56,975 bases of DNA from the NCBI RefSeq assembly GCF_001194135.2, contig NC_068986.1:55258480-55315454 (forward strand), read 5' to 3'. Numbering within the stretch: the first letter of the stretch is position 1; every line of letters starts with the position of its first letter. Positions 13,857 to 24,380 of this stretch are shown piece by piece. Below the pieces are notes generated by a model. It searched no databases and was not told the origin of the DNA. It saw only the letters and a program-made list of their open reading frames with translations. The translations under genes were made by a program, and so were the position numbers. The DNA is from Octopus bimaculoides. Taxonomy: Eukaryota.

Positions 13857-14312
13857 GCAATGTTAATTCTCTAAATGAAGTATTAACAGTAACAGCACGA
13901 TAAAGTGTAGTATATTGCCACTTAAGTGTGGCTGACCCCTAGGGGTGGATGTTACTGTTGCTTTTAGCCCCAGGAGGACATCTCCTCCAGCTGGCTTATC
14001 GACACACGACTGTGTCCTGTTTGCCAAGGGTAGTTATCCCTCTCACCAACATCTGCAGCACGAACGGATCCGGATTTCAGGGTTATTTCCCTTCGTCGGC
14101 GTCCGATAGCCGCTGACCCTGGTGAGAGAGACAAAAACCTGGCAATCTTATATCTTCTTTTCAAGTGAAATTCTTCACTGATATCGAAAAGGTGAAAACA
14201 AGCAATGTTTATATAGGTAAATGATAGGCTTGCCTCATAACCTCCACATAATAAAACAATGCCTAACTAGCCCAACAGAATTGCTTCTTCTCGTATTTGT
14301 TGCTCCATTCTC

Positions 14313-14350
<38 letters not shown>

Positions 14351-14430
14351 NNNNNNNNNNNNNNNNNNNNNNNNNNNNNNNNNNNNNNNNNNNNNNNNNN
14401 NNNNNNNNNNNNNNNNNNNNNNNNNNNNNN

Positions 14431-14467
<37 letters not shown>

Positions 14468-14489
14468 CACACACACACACACGTACACA

Positions 14490-15045
14490 TATACACAAAG
14501 TGTATTCAAAAAGTATCAACTTTATTTTTTTTTTAAACCAATGATGCATAGGCAAAATCTTTTGAGTGGGAACCAATGTCACCCTTCCTGCACATACATA
14601 AAAATCTTCATGCCAGTAAGCTATGTCAGTTCCCGTCTGTTATTTAGTCTAGAGTACAGACGTGTAGTGCTTGCTCATCGAATTTTCGTTTTTACCAAAA
14701 GCATTGAGCAGAGACATTGCATCAAGTTTTGCCAAGAGCTTGGTAATACTCAAGCTCAAACCATCCTGTAGATTTAGCAGGCCTTTGGTCATGATACCAT
14801 GGTTAAAACTCAGATCAAGGAGTGGTACAACCACTTCAAACATGGCTGCACTTCAGTGGAGAGCGAGGCACACCCAAGCAGGCCATCAACAACCTGAAAT
14901 GAGGAACCAATAGAAAAGGTTTGGTGAATAATAATGGCAGACCATCATGTAACAATCCAGGAATTGTTCATGTAGTGGGAATAAGCACAGGACATTCCAT
15001 TTCAATGGAGGATTTGTGCATGCAGAGAGTTTCCTTAAAGTCTCA
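14490..15045 (+). mobile_element. mariner 5' relic
   Basis: EQRHCIKFCQELG ... QIKEWYNHFKHGCTSVESE..PSRPST, an N-terminal HTH with stops. Confidence 0.8.
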
Positions 15046-15179
15046 GAAAACATTCAAACAGCATACAGAATGTTTTTTGTTTTTCACAGTTGTTACTGGT
15101 TGGTTGTAAATAAGATATCTGTATTTCTTGTGATGGGGTAGAATTCAGAAGTTGAAGAGCTCTACCTTATCGTAGCTGA

Positions 15180-15600
15180 ATAAGATTGCAAGGATGCTAC
15201 CATATGAATCACCTATAAACTGATGGTCCTCATTTGTATCTTTACTACTTTCCCTTCTTATCTTTCAAGACAACAAATTTGAACATGTCTGAAAGAATAC
15301 ATTATGCCTCAAGATCTTGTGCATCCACTTGGAAATAGTTCATTAACTTTATCATAGGTTCTTCTTGCTCTGTTGCATCTATTTGTTCTCATGCATTGAA
15401 GAGGGTTGTTTGATCCTGGCCTCCATCATTATTCCAGATATGAATTGTCACCCACAGCTGTGGAATTTCTTGGTGTAATTTCAGTCTTGACTATAACACC
15501 CAACCACCATATATGGTCAGTTTGAGTATCTGAGACCACAGGTAGTGATGGAGTATAATTTCAGATTCTTGTTTTTGTTGCAAATTTCACAACAAGCATA
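15180..15600 (-). mobile_element. Probable second Helitron fragment
   Basis: Shares atgaattgtcaccc and tttcagattcttgtttttg with 10030-10180. Confidence 0.45.
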
Positions 15601-15608
15601 GCTATAGG

Positions 15609-16690
15609 TGCAGGCATGGCTGTGTAGTAAGAAGCTTGCTTCCGTGCGGCGTTACCTGTTCGTGATAAATTGTCAAGGCACGGAAGTGCCATATCGCTAA
15701 CATGTCCGAGGTGCGGGCAGGACAGGGAAACCGTCTTGCACACATTCGTGGAATGTCTGGAATTAACGATACTGATAGTTTTCGCAGAACTGTTGTCATC
15801 GATGGGAAGAGTACAGCTATCAGCTGAATCTATCATCGAGATTGTGCCGCCTCCTTCCCTCAACAGGGAGAGGAAGGCGTGTTTTTCCTGCGTAGTAGCC
15901 ATACTGAAAGAAACAGTATGGAAGACGCGTGTAAGAGGCATAGTGACAGATACCTTTGTATCTGGCCAGGGGTTAGTTAACTTTTTTTGTTACCACCTCA
16001 GTAGTAAAATCAGGCTGGAGAAGAGGTATCTGTCACGAGACAGATTCATGAGAAGATGGAAGCCTGTGGCGAGGAAGCTGGGAGTGTTTGGCACCAGGTA
16101 AGTGGGAGCCAAAAACAAGGGAAAGAAAAAGCAAGGGGTCTACCCTGGTGGTCGGATGCCTATCCTTCAGGAAAGCCATTACAAATTACATCTGTAATGA
16201 GCAATGCTTCAATCGAACATTGTAAATATAATCCAATTTTTATTGTGTATTTAAAATTGTAAATATTTAATCGAAACAGCTACTTCACCCTTTTTATGTT
16301 TGTCTGTCCTTGTTCGTCCCCTCTTTGTAATGCCTCTATGGCGAATATTTATGAAATAAAGAAGCTTGCTTCCCAACCACCTGACTCCAGGTTCAGTCCC
16401 ACTGCATGACACCTTGGACAAGTGTCTTCTATTATAGCCTTGTGAATGGACTTGGTAGATGGAAACAGAAAGAAGCCTGTCGTATATATGGGGGGGGGGG
16501 CACGCGTATGTATCTTTGTGTCAATGTTTGTTCTTCACCGCCGCTTGAGAGCTGATGTTGGTGTGTTTACATACCCATAACTTAGCGGTTCGGTTTTTAA
16601 AAAAAGTTCTGAGGTCAATTTGATCGACTAAAACACTTCTAGGTGGTGCCCCAGCATTTCTGCAGTCAAATGACTGAAACAAGTAAAAAG
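15609..16690 (+). mobile_element. tRNA-derived SINE split by the LINE
   Basis: Head gcaggcatggctgtgtagtaagaagcttgcttcc resumes as caaccac...ggttcagtcccactg...caccttggacaag; tail atgactgaaacaagtaaaa. Confidence 0.8.
15644..16358 (+). mobile_element. 5'-truncated L1/Tx1-type LINE 3' end with 15-bp TSD
   Basis: ORF2 C-terminal zinc knuckle CPRCGQDRETVLHTFVEC; aagaagcttgcttcc at 15629-15643 and 16359-16373; AATAAA at the 3' junction. Confidence 0.85.
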
Positions 16691-17714
16691 AAAATTTTTT
16701 TTTAAATAACACACCATCTTTGTTAATCAGTTCAAGCGACTTTTGTTTACTTTAGTTTTTCACAAAGAATGTGAGCAGCCTGCTTTTGCCATTTAACTGT
16801 AGCAGAATAACAGAATGGACAAATGTCTATCTTCTGAATATAATCTTGTCATATTTGACACTGAAAACGCATGTGCAGTTTAGATTCATCCCAGGCCACC
16901 TCTTCAGGATCATAACTCATAACCATAACACCTTAAACCCTTACTAGGGAATAATGATATAATTAAACAGGAAATAATGATATAATTAAACAGGGAATAC
17001 TACTCTTGACATCGGCAAAAATTATTGTTTACAAAAATAGCAGTAACTGTATTCAGCTGAATAGACGTCAGTGATTGGTTGAAATTACAGAAATACGACA
17101 ACTTTAACATGAAATAACTTATTAAGAAGAAATTTTTGTTAAGAAGGCTAAGAGAAAAGATGTTTTATATGACACATTCTACCAGTATCCCAAGTTTGAA
17201 AGTGTTTCGTTAAGAAAACAAGTGGTTCCCGTCAATTCAGAAGGATCCTTGAGGACATCTTTTGCAGGTTCACCAATTGTTAGTGAGGATCTTTTAAGTC
17301 GTTAAACCTTTTGTTTCCAAACTGCTGTTGAAATACACTGCTTTTATTTCAAGTAATTTTGAAACTCATGAAGAATTTATTGAAATAATTTCGCCATTAT
17401 TAAACTGGTGTTTGGAGCATGAAATTTTCATGAGAAGTTTTGTCTCATAAAATCGGGGACGGTCTTAGACAGGTTTGATATCAAAAGGGTTAAATCTTCG
17501 TTGGTAGTTCACAGTTCAAAGTAGGCTGTGTGAAGACAAGAATAACCACACTAGCGTTTATTTTAGATTTTAGTTTTCAGATATTTTATTAACCCGGTGC
17601 GGCCATTCATTTGTGTTAGAAATTAATTTGGATAGATAAAAAAAAAAAGACCTGTTAAATACAGAGGTCAATGCAAATTACTATAAAACCTTCAAACAAA
17701 AGGCATGGCCTTTG

Positions 17715-17930
17715 GCAATTATAGCGGAATCGTTAGCACGGCGGATAAATTGCATAGCGTTATTTCTTCCGTCTTTACGTTCTGAGTTCAAATTCCGCCG
17801 AGGACGACTTTGCTTTTCATCCTTTTGGAGTCGATAAAATAAGTACCAGCTGAGCACCGAGGTCGATGTAATCGGTTTTAATTTCTCCCCTAAAATTGCT
17901 GGACTTTAGTCAAAATTTAAAATCAATGAT
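17715..17930 (+). mobile_element. SINE with Meta-like central domain
   Basis: gagttcaaattcc B-box followed by gactttgcttttcatccttttggagtcgataaaataagtaccag. Related fragments at about 31025-31150 (+) and 33480-33830 (-). Confidence 0.7.
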
Positions 17931-18024
17931 TGGCAATTACAGTTGTTTCCCTTGATATTTTTGTAATTCTTTCAAAGCTAACCACAGAAATATAAAAACT
18001 TTAATATCTAGATTTTATATAAAT

Positions 18025-18062
<38 letters not shown>

Positions 18063-18130
18063 TCTTAATTAGATGTGTTTCTTCATTTTTCTCTTTCATT
18101 TTGTACGAAGCGATGGTTGTGCTGAGTGCT

Positions 18131-18174
18131 GTCACGTGACGTCTGCGCACACCACGTTGCCTCTCTCTCTTTCC
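18131..18174 (+). promoter_or_regulatory. RPLP2 core promoter: E-box palindrome plus TCT/5'TOP tract
   Basis: GTCACGTGAC at 18131-18140; pyrimidine tract CCTCTCTCTCTTTCCT at 18160-18174. Confidence 0.75.
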
Positions 18175-18234
18175 TGCATCAGAATTCCTCCATAAGTGAC
18201 ATAACACGTTTTCGCGTCAATCTAAGTCTTAAAA
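18161..18234 (+). other. RPLP2: RPLP2 non-coding exon 1 (predicted)
   Basis: Starts in the TOP tract and ends at aaaa|GTAAGT (GT 18235-6). Splicing to 23781 gives ...aaaaaATG. Confidence 0.7.
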
Positions 18235-18881
18235 GTAAGTTATTTTTCCAAGAAAATTCATATTTTTTTGTACCAACTGGTTAATGTAAAGCTTTTCTTC
18301 CGTCTGATTAATATTTTAGATGTTCGTTATGACTATTAAGTTTATGAAACGAAATTCCTTTCTTCCTCACGTTGCTATCATGGAGCACAGCCATGCTGTC
18401 CACACTATCTGCATTTATTAATGCGTGGTACACAACTTGTTTGTTTTCGATAGAAATTATAAAACTTCCTATGAATTCTTAATACAAACTAAATTAATAA
18501 AATACTATATTTTATATATAAGTGAAACTACATTTAGTTCTTAAATTTTGCTTAAAAATGAATCCCTTTTTTATAGATTTTAAAACTTAAGGATGGTACT
18601 ATTTCAAGAAGAGTGGTCTTAAGGATTACAGCTTTATATATATATATATATATATAAAGTAGTAGTAATCTATAAGTTGATATGCATTCACATTCATTTC
18701 GATATTAATAGCGAATTCCATGGAAATATCTGGAAATGTTAGTAGTACAGAGACCACGTGGCTCATTCAAGATTTGTTGAAATTAACATCACTGCTTCGA
18801 AGTTTTTGTTCAACTTATCTGTGTGTAAACAAAATACAAACGTACATATAAAATAAAGTTATTCTTAATGTGAGCTAAAAT

Positions 18882-19013
18882 TTGCACTCCTCGACTGCTT
18901 TCATTCTTCATAGATTGTGAGTTACTGTTTTAAAGTGCTATATTAACTCGGTGATCCTGCGTACACCAACTGTCTTTTATTCAGTCTGGTGCCCGTTAAG
19001 ACACCAGACAAAT
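18882..19013 (+). ncRNA. H/ACA snoRNA copy A
   Basis: Hairpin gcact/agtgc, H box ATATTA 18940-5, second hairpin with pocket cctgcgt / ccgtt, ACA at 19008-10 located 15 nt from the pocket; conserved in copy B. Confidence 0.85.
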
Positions 19014-19527
19014 GTGTATATTTAAGTCTGCTTTTACGCATGAGTTCTAATCCTATTTTGATGTCAGTATGAAATGATGTGAAAATAGCTAATTTAAAAG
19101 TCTACTAACAGTTATGACTATTTAAAGCCATTACCTTTAAAAACCTAGGTGGTGAGATCGAGATCATCTGCGTAGTTTGCCATTTGAAGCATACAGGGTC
19201 TACAACGCTGTCCGCAGTATGATTTCACTGAATTACGGATTTAGGCGCTACCCCGTTTGTTACCGCCTGTGTAAATAATGTGTTTTATGAAGTAAAATAT
19301 CTCGTGTTTCGTAAATCCATCTGAACTCGTACATAAACTGAATCGAGAACTTATCTGTACTGTTTTTAATATGGAATTCTCGAAATAAACTAGCAATACA
19401 GACTTGCCATTCTTTGTTTTACAGCCATCTGCGAAAAGGCGCCCGAACTAATATATTAATGGTTCTTTGTCCTAACACGGTTTTGGTCGTGTGTTACTAT
19501 TGTAAAATATATTTGGATAAACTTTTT

Positions 19528-19690
19528 GGTACTACTAAAGCAGCGCGGACCCGGTCGCGCGTCCGCGCTAGCTAGTCGTGAGTGGTCGATACTAACCCTA
19601 AACGTATTCATTTGCACACGCGGGTTAGGGTTAGGATCGACCACTCAAGACTGGCTAGCGCGTTCGGGTTCGCGCTGCTTTAGTAGTACC
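19528..19690. mobile_element. Palindromic MITE with TTAGGG-like internal repeats
   Basis: ggtactactaaagcagcgcg ... cgcgctgctttagtagtacc; internal ctaaccctaa and gggttagggttagg. Confidence 0.8.
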
Positions 19691-20567
19691 CTCATTTTTC
19701 GTTGTTAGAGCAATTAAAATTTCTCATAGAATTAATGTAATGTTGCTTTCCGTTTGAAGGTTATCCCCATATGAGCACTAATCTAACAGAGATGTGATCA
19801 AAGACGTTTCAGTTATTTCTGAATTTTTAATGTGTGATTTGTAGGGAATTTGGCTGCTATTTCTAAACAAGTCGCCCTCTTCTCCATAATCAATTGTCTA
19901 GATTACTGGAGTTAGTGATAGCATGTGTTAAAGCTAAACAAGCACATCACTACTATAGTGATTTTATTGCGCGTCTGACTGATTATATTCTTTATGTAGA
20001 ATTGTAGCCTAATTAGACATCTGTGATCTTCAAAGAGAAGAATCTTAACTAGAGATAATACATAATCCAGATCATGACGAAGCCAGTGGACTTCCACAGT
20101 TTCTTTTTTTGGTGACCGTATACGCTTCAAGCCGTCCCAATTCATTTTTTTACACCAGTTTGTTTGTCAAATAAGTGTGGCCTTATGAAAAAGTTGTTCA
20201 CCTGAGACAGGCTGGTTTGAGTTCAATCCCACTGAACAGCAGTGTGCAAACTACATTAAGCCCAGCATGCAATGTCGGGTAAACTGAACACCCAGTTTTG
20301 CTCAAGTGATATTTGCCCTGTAATAGTAGTCTTGTCACTATTGTCGTTGGAATTATAGTTTATGTCTGGACTAATTTTATATTTATTTTTAGGCAAGGGA
20401 AATGGTATTTAAGATAATGCTTAGCGTTACGTCTTTATGATTTTAAATAACCACGGAGTGTAGAGCTGTTGTGTTGAAATCTGGGGTTGTAGTGGAGCTA
20501 AGACATTAAAACTTATAACTGAAAGTGTAGCATATGGGTTTGGGTTTCCATAGCTGCCATTTCTAGA

Positions 20568-20649
20568 CAGTATAGATGATGACTTCGAATATTTTCTGAG
20601 AGTATGATTAATATTTTATTATGCTACTTTACCACCGTCTGATATACTG
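20568..20649 (+). ncRNA. C/D snoRNA copy A (target unassigned)
   Basis: 7-bp terminal stem cagtata/tatactg; C ATGATGA 20576-82, D' CTGA 20596-9, C' ATGATTA 20604-10, D CTGA 20639-42. Confidence 0.88.
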
Positions 20650-21248
20650 CTATGGCATCTGTGAAACATCTTTATAACTCATTTAACTGATTTAGAAAGG
20701 CAATTGTAACTGATTATATCTAGGGGGGGGGGTAGTAATACTGTACAGTGATGCTCTTAGATTCTTTGCAAATTGGCATTTAGAAGTGTGAAAATTGTCT
20801 ACCATGTTTTGAAAGTTGGGAGTGCCTTGAACAGCTTTAGTGTTTCAAAGTATAATTTAGAATTGTAGTCATTTGTTCTTACAGTTTTTGTATAGGTGCT
20901 GTATTGCAATGAGTCGGGTTTTCACAGGTGTTATGAGTAAACCTATTTGTGCTATCCTCAAAGACATGGCTAATAAACCTGAGCAAGCAGGACATGTTTA
21001 TGTTAGTACCAGCTACCAAGATTAATGGGTTACTTTAAATTTCTTTGTTAAACTATATAAGACATGTATTTTACTTGTAAATTTGTGGAATCTGTCTTAC
21101 ATTTTGAATTCAGAACAAACATCATTGTACATTGAGGTGTTTTCTTTTAAAGCAGAAAGCTATAGATAGATCTGTCTTCACAGGACACTTCTCAGCAATG
21201 TCAGTACTTGTAAATTGTGAGCATGTTTGAAGATGCTATATTCATTAA

Positions 21249-22727
21249 CCCTTTCGTTACCAAAGCCGCCCGAAAAAAATTTTGGTTCGTTTGACCAAGC
21301 CGCCCGTAATCACCTATTCATATTTAAATGAGAATATCTGAGCAAATCTCGTTAGTACATTCGTGAAAACACGTGATTATTTGTGTAAACAGTTCAGCTA
21401 TAGTTTTGTACGACGATCAACATGTTTTTTTAATTTTGTGAATTTTGGGAGATTTTTTTCCAAATTTGTTCCTGTTGTTTTCAATATTTGTAATCCTGAC
21501 AAAAAAAATGGATACGAATTTTATTGTCAAGCAGCGAGTCAGAATTCGAAGGATTTTCCGTTGAAGACCTTGATAAATCTAACTCTGTAACCGAAAAAAA
21601 AAAGCACGTGGTATTTGATAATGAATCTGAGGTTTCATTTTCCGAAAATGAAAGCAGTGAACTCGAGAGCTCCGATAATAGCGATAAAGAGAATGAATTA
21701 GTACCTGAATGGAGTGAAAATTTAAAAACTCCTTCTTTCAGTGATTTTTCTGAAGAAACTGGACCAAGTCATAGTCTTACCCAGGAGAGTAAAGCTTTAG
21801 ACTTCTTTTTGCTTTTTCCGATGTGCCTATTTGAATTGATTACGGCGGAAACAAACCGTTACGCTAAATGTAAACAAAGCGTAAAAAAGGNNNNNNNNNN
21901 CCGTTACGCTAAATGTAAACAAAGCGTAAAAAAGGATAGTTTGAGGTTTCCCATAAACTTGAATGAAATTAAAGCATATTTTGCCATGAATATTATTATG
22001 TGCATTAGAAAGTTACCTAGAATAACAAATTACTGGAGTAGTGATGAACCCTTTGGCGACGAATACGTCTCAAGTATAATGACGAGGATACGGTTTTTAA
22101 AATTGACTCGATATCTACATGTAATAGACACGACCAGTACACCAGTTCGTGGAAAACCAGACTTTGATCCCTTATTTAAAATAAGACCCCTCATTGACTG
22201 TGTTCAAAGCACATATAAAACAGTTTATAGATAAGGATATGGTGGGCTATAAAGGCCGAGTGCGTTTTCAACAGTATATGCCAGGAAAGCGCACAAAATG
22301 GGGGATCAAAGTTTGGAAAGGATTTGTGAATCAAATACTGGGTACTGCTCTGGATTTTAATTTTATACTGGCAAAAGAGACAGTAATAAATCCAGTAATG
22401 TGCACAACTCTTCTATAATAATATTTTGTTGTATACCCAATTGAATATTAGCTAATAACCCATTTTCTATAGCGATGTTTGAACAAAAATTTAAATAATT
22501 TTATATTTTGTTGAATTTACCTGTAATTAAAGTCACTTTGTGACAAAAATTTTGGTATAGAATTGGTTGAGAACCTTTCGTTAATTTATCTTCCAAAAAT
22601 CACATTAATATGTTGATAAATAAAAAAGTTAGAGTTTAATGAAACCAGCCTAAATTTATGATTATGTTAGAAATTAATTGAAACACATAAGGGGTGTAAT
22701 TTGGTTAGAAATATGGTAACGAAAGGG
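21249..22727 (+). mobile_element. Internally deleted piggyBac element
   Basis: TTAA TSDs (21245-8, 22728-31), TIR CCCTTTCGTTACC, acidic N-terminus and PGBD-like transposase fragment (DPLFKIRPLID, YKGRVRFQQYMPGKRTKWGIKVW) with deletions. Confidence 0.92.
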
Positions 22728-22788
22728 TTAAGGGGTTCTAAACAAATGTACATATTAAAATAAAGTTATTCTTAATGTAAGTTAAAAT

Positions 22789-22920
22789 TTGCACTTTCTC
22801 GACTACTTTCACTCTTCATAGATTGTGAGTTACTGTTTAAAAGTGCTATATTAACTGGGTGATCCTGCGTACACCAACTGTCCTAATTCAGTTAGGTGCC
22901 CGTCTAGACACCAGACAATA
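22789..22920 (+). ncRNA. H/ACA snoRNA copy B
   Basis: Paralogue of copy A: gcacttt/aaagtgc stem, H box 22848-53, ACA 22915-7, same pocket sequences. Confidence 0.85.
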
Positions 22921-23369
22921 TATGCATATATCTCAATCAGCTTCTGTGAAAGATTCATTATTGTCAGTCAGAAATTATGTGAGAAAACTTTGCGTTTTTG
23001 GAATAGTTTGTGATTGTCATTGAAAGCTCAGAATGTTGGCTTTTACTTGCATGCTACATCATAGAAGTTACATTAGTAGTTATAATATATAAGCATTATA
23101 ATTGAGGTACACATTGTTGGTACCTAGCTAGAGATTTATAGCACCTGTTATTCAGGAAATGCATTAAAATGTGTAGCTGTTCTGTAAAGGTGTAGGCTCT
23201 GTTCATATCGGCTACTTCATTATTTATAATATATGTTGCAATGCTTACAATGATGAGATTGTGAGGTAAGGTTAATCTATTTAGAAGTAAGTTATAGAAA
23301 TATAGATATCATTAAGTACAGAAAAGTGCTCAAATTTATATTTCTGTTTACTTCAGCTGTCTCCACTAC

Positions 23370-23464
23370 TGCCATTTAACAGATGATGACTTTGATATTG
23401 TTCTGAGAGCATGATTAATTTTCTATATTGCTACTTTACCACCGTCTGATGTACTTTTATGGCA
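23370..23464 (+). ncRNA. C/D snoRNA copy B (target unassigned)
   Basis: C 23383-9, D' 23403-6, C' 23411-7, D 23446-9; outer stem tgccat/atggca; D guide identical to copy A. Confidence 0.85.
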
Positions 23465-23781
23465 AGCAATGTGGAGATTTAACTGTTTACAAAATAAACT
23501 GTTCAATTAATAAATAATTGTTCCAAAAACCTCTTAATTTCAATTTACGTTGCACAATAAGAAGCCTAAAATGCATTTTTTGTTCAATTTGTATTAGCTT
23601 CAGTTAGTGTGTGTGGCAAATTTTTGCTGCTTTTGTAATTTTTTTCATTAGAGAAGTTCTGTTAGGGTGCATGTAATAGCAAATTAGTATTTAATGTTTT
23701 GAAAACCAGGCATCAGATGAGTAAGTGTAACATAAATTTGCCTTATTGATAGGCGTGCATTTTCTTTTATCACATTGCAGA

Positions 23782-23953
23782 ATGCGTTACGTGGCCGCTT
23801 ATCTCCTTGCCACCCTTGGGGGTGTGAAACAACCAACTGAAGCTGATTTGGAGAAGATTTTAGGCAGCGTTGGTATTGAGGCCGAAGCCGGTAAAATGAA
23901 GAAAGTCATCTCACAGCTAAAAGACAAAGACCCAGCTACTCTCATCAAAGAAG
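23782..23953 (+). CDS. RPLP2: 60S acidic ribosomal protein P2, coding exon 1
   Basis: cag|aATG; MRYVAAYLLATLGG...LIKE+G; donor GT at 23954. Confidence 0.98.
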
Positions 23954-24380
23954 GTAATTTTGGCACTGCCACATTTATTTATTTATTGTTCATGTTGCCC
24001 TTTACTTTTCTTCTTTTCTTGTCTTGCAAGTTACTTGGTAACTTCTGTTGGCACAAAGGAAAACACCCAATACACCCTGTAAAGGGATGGTCATTAGGCA
24101 AGGATTTTGGTTGTTGAAATCGTGCCAAAGGTGGCATAGAGAATTGTGTTGCCCTACGACAGTCGTCTGGCTGGTCAGATCTTGTCAAACTGTCCAACCC
24201 ATACCAGCGTGAAAAACAGACATTAAATGATTGTGACTTTCTTTTTCTTTAAATTGGGAGTACGTGTGAGTCAACATTACTCATGTGTGCAAACAAAAGG
24301 TGGTCATAGAACTCAACCTGTCTTCTGGTTGCTTGAGCTGCTTGGAGGATAAGGTACTAGATAACTACAAACTGGAGTTA

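Noticed and set aside
13322-14208. Roughly 440-bp perfect tandem duplication giving twin MKRRYKIARF ORFs
   Set aside because: The copies flank a 10-N gap, typical of an unmerged contig overlap.
803-14582. ORFs rich in ER, LS, YI or X
   Set aside because: Translations of microsatellites and N runs.
18888-18930. 5' H/ACA pocket matching 28S CAGUAAC-NN-CGAG
   Set aside because: 19 nt from the H box (rule is 14-16) and the recalled target dinucleotide is GG, not UN.
19913-19980. Extra C/D snoRNA ending ttattgcgcgt-CTGA
   Set aside because: No proper box C or terminal stem, and only about 7 bp of complementarity to 18S.
21856-21934. Short direct repeat inside piggyBac
   Set aside because: Flanks a 10-N gap; assembly overlap.
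21170-22790. piggyBac-mediated duplication of the snoRNA cassette
   Set aside because: Weak cassette homology seems to continue upstream of the TTAA, so the insertion probably came later.
23746-24117. 123-aa single ORF for RPLP2
   Set aside because: Reads through the intron; the true start is 23782 and the donor is 23954.
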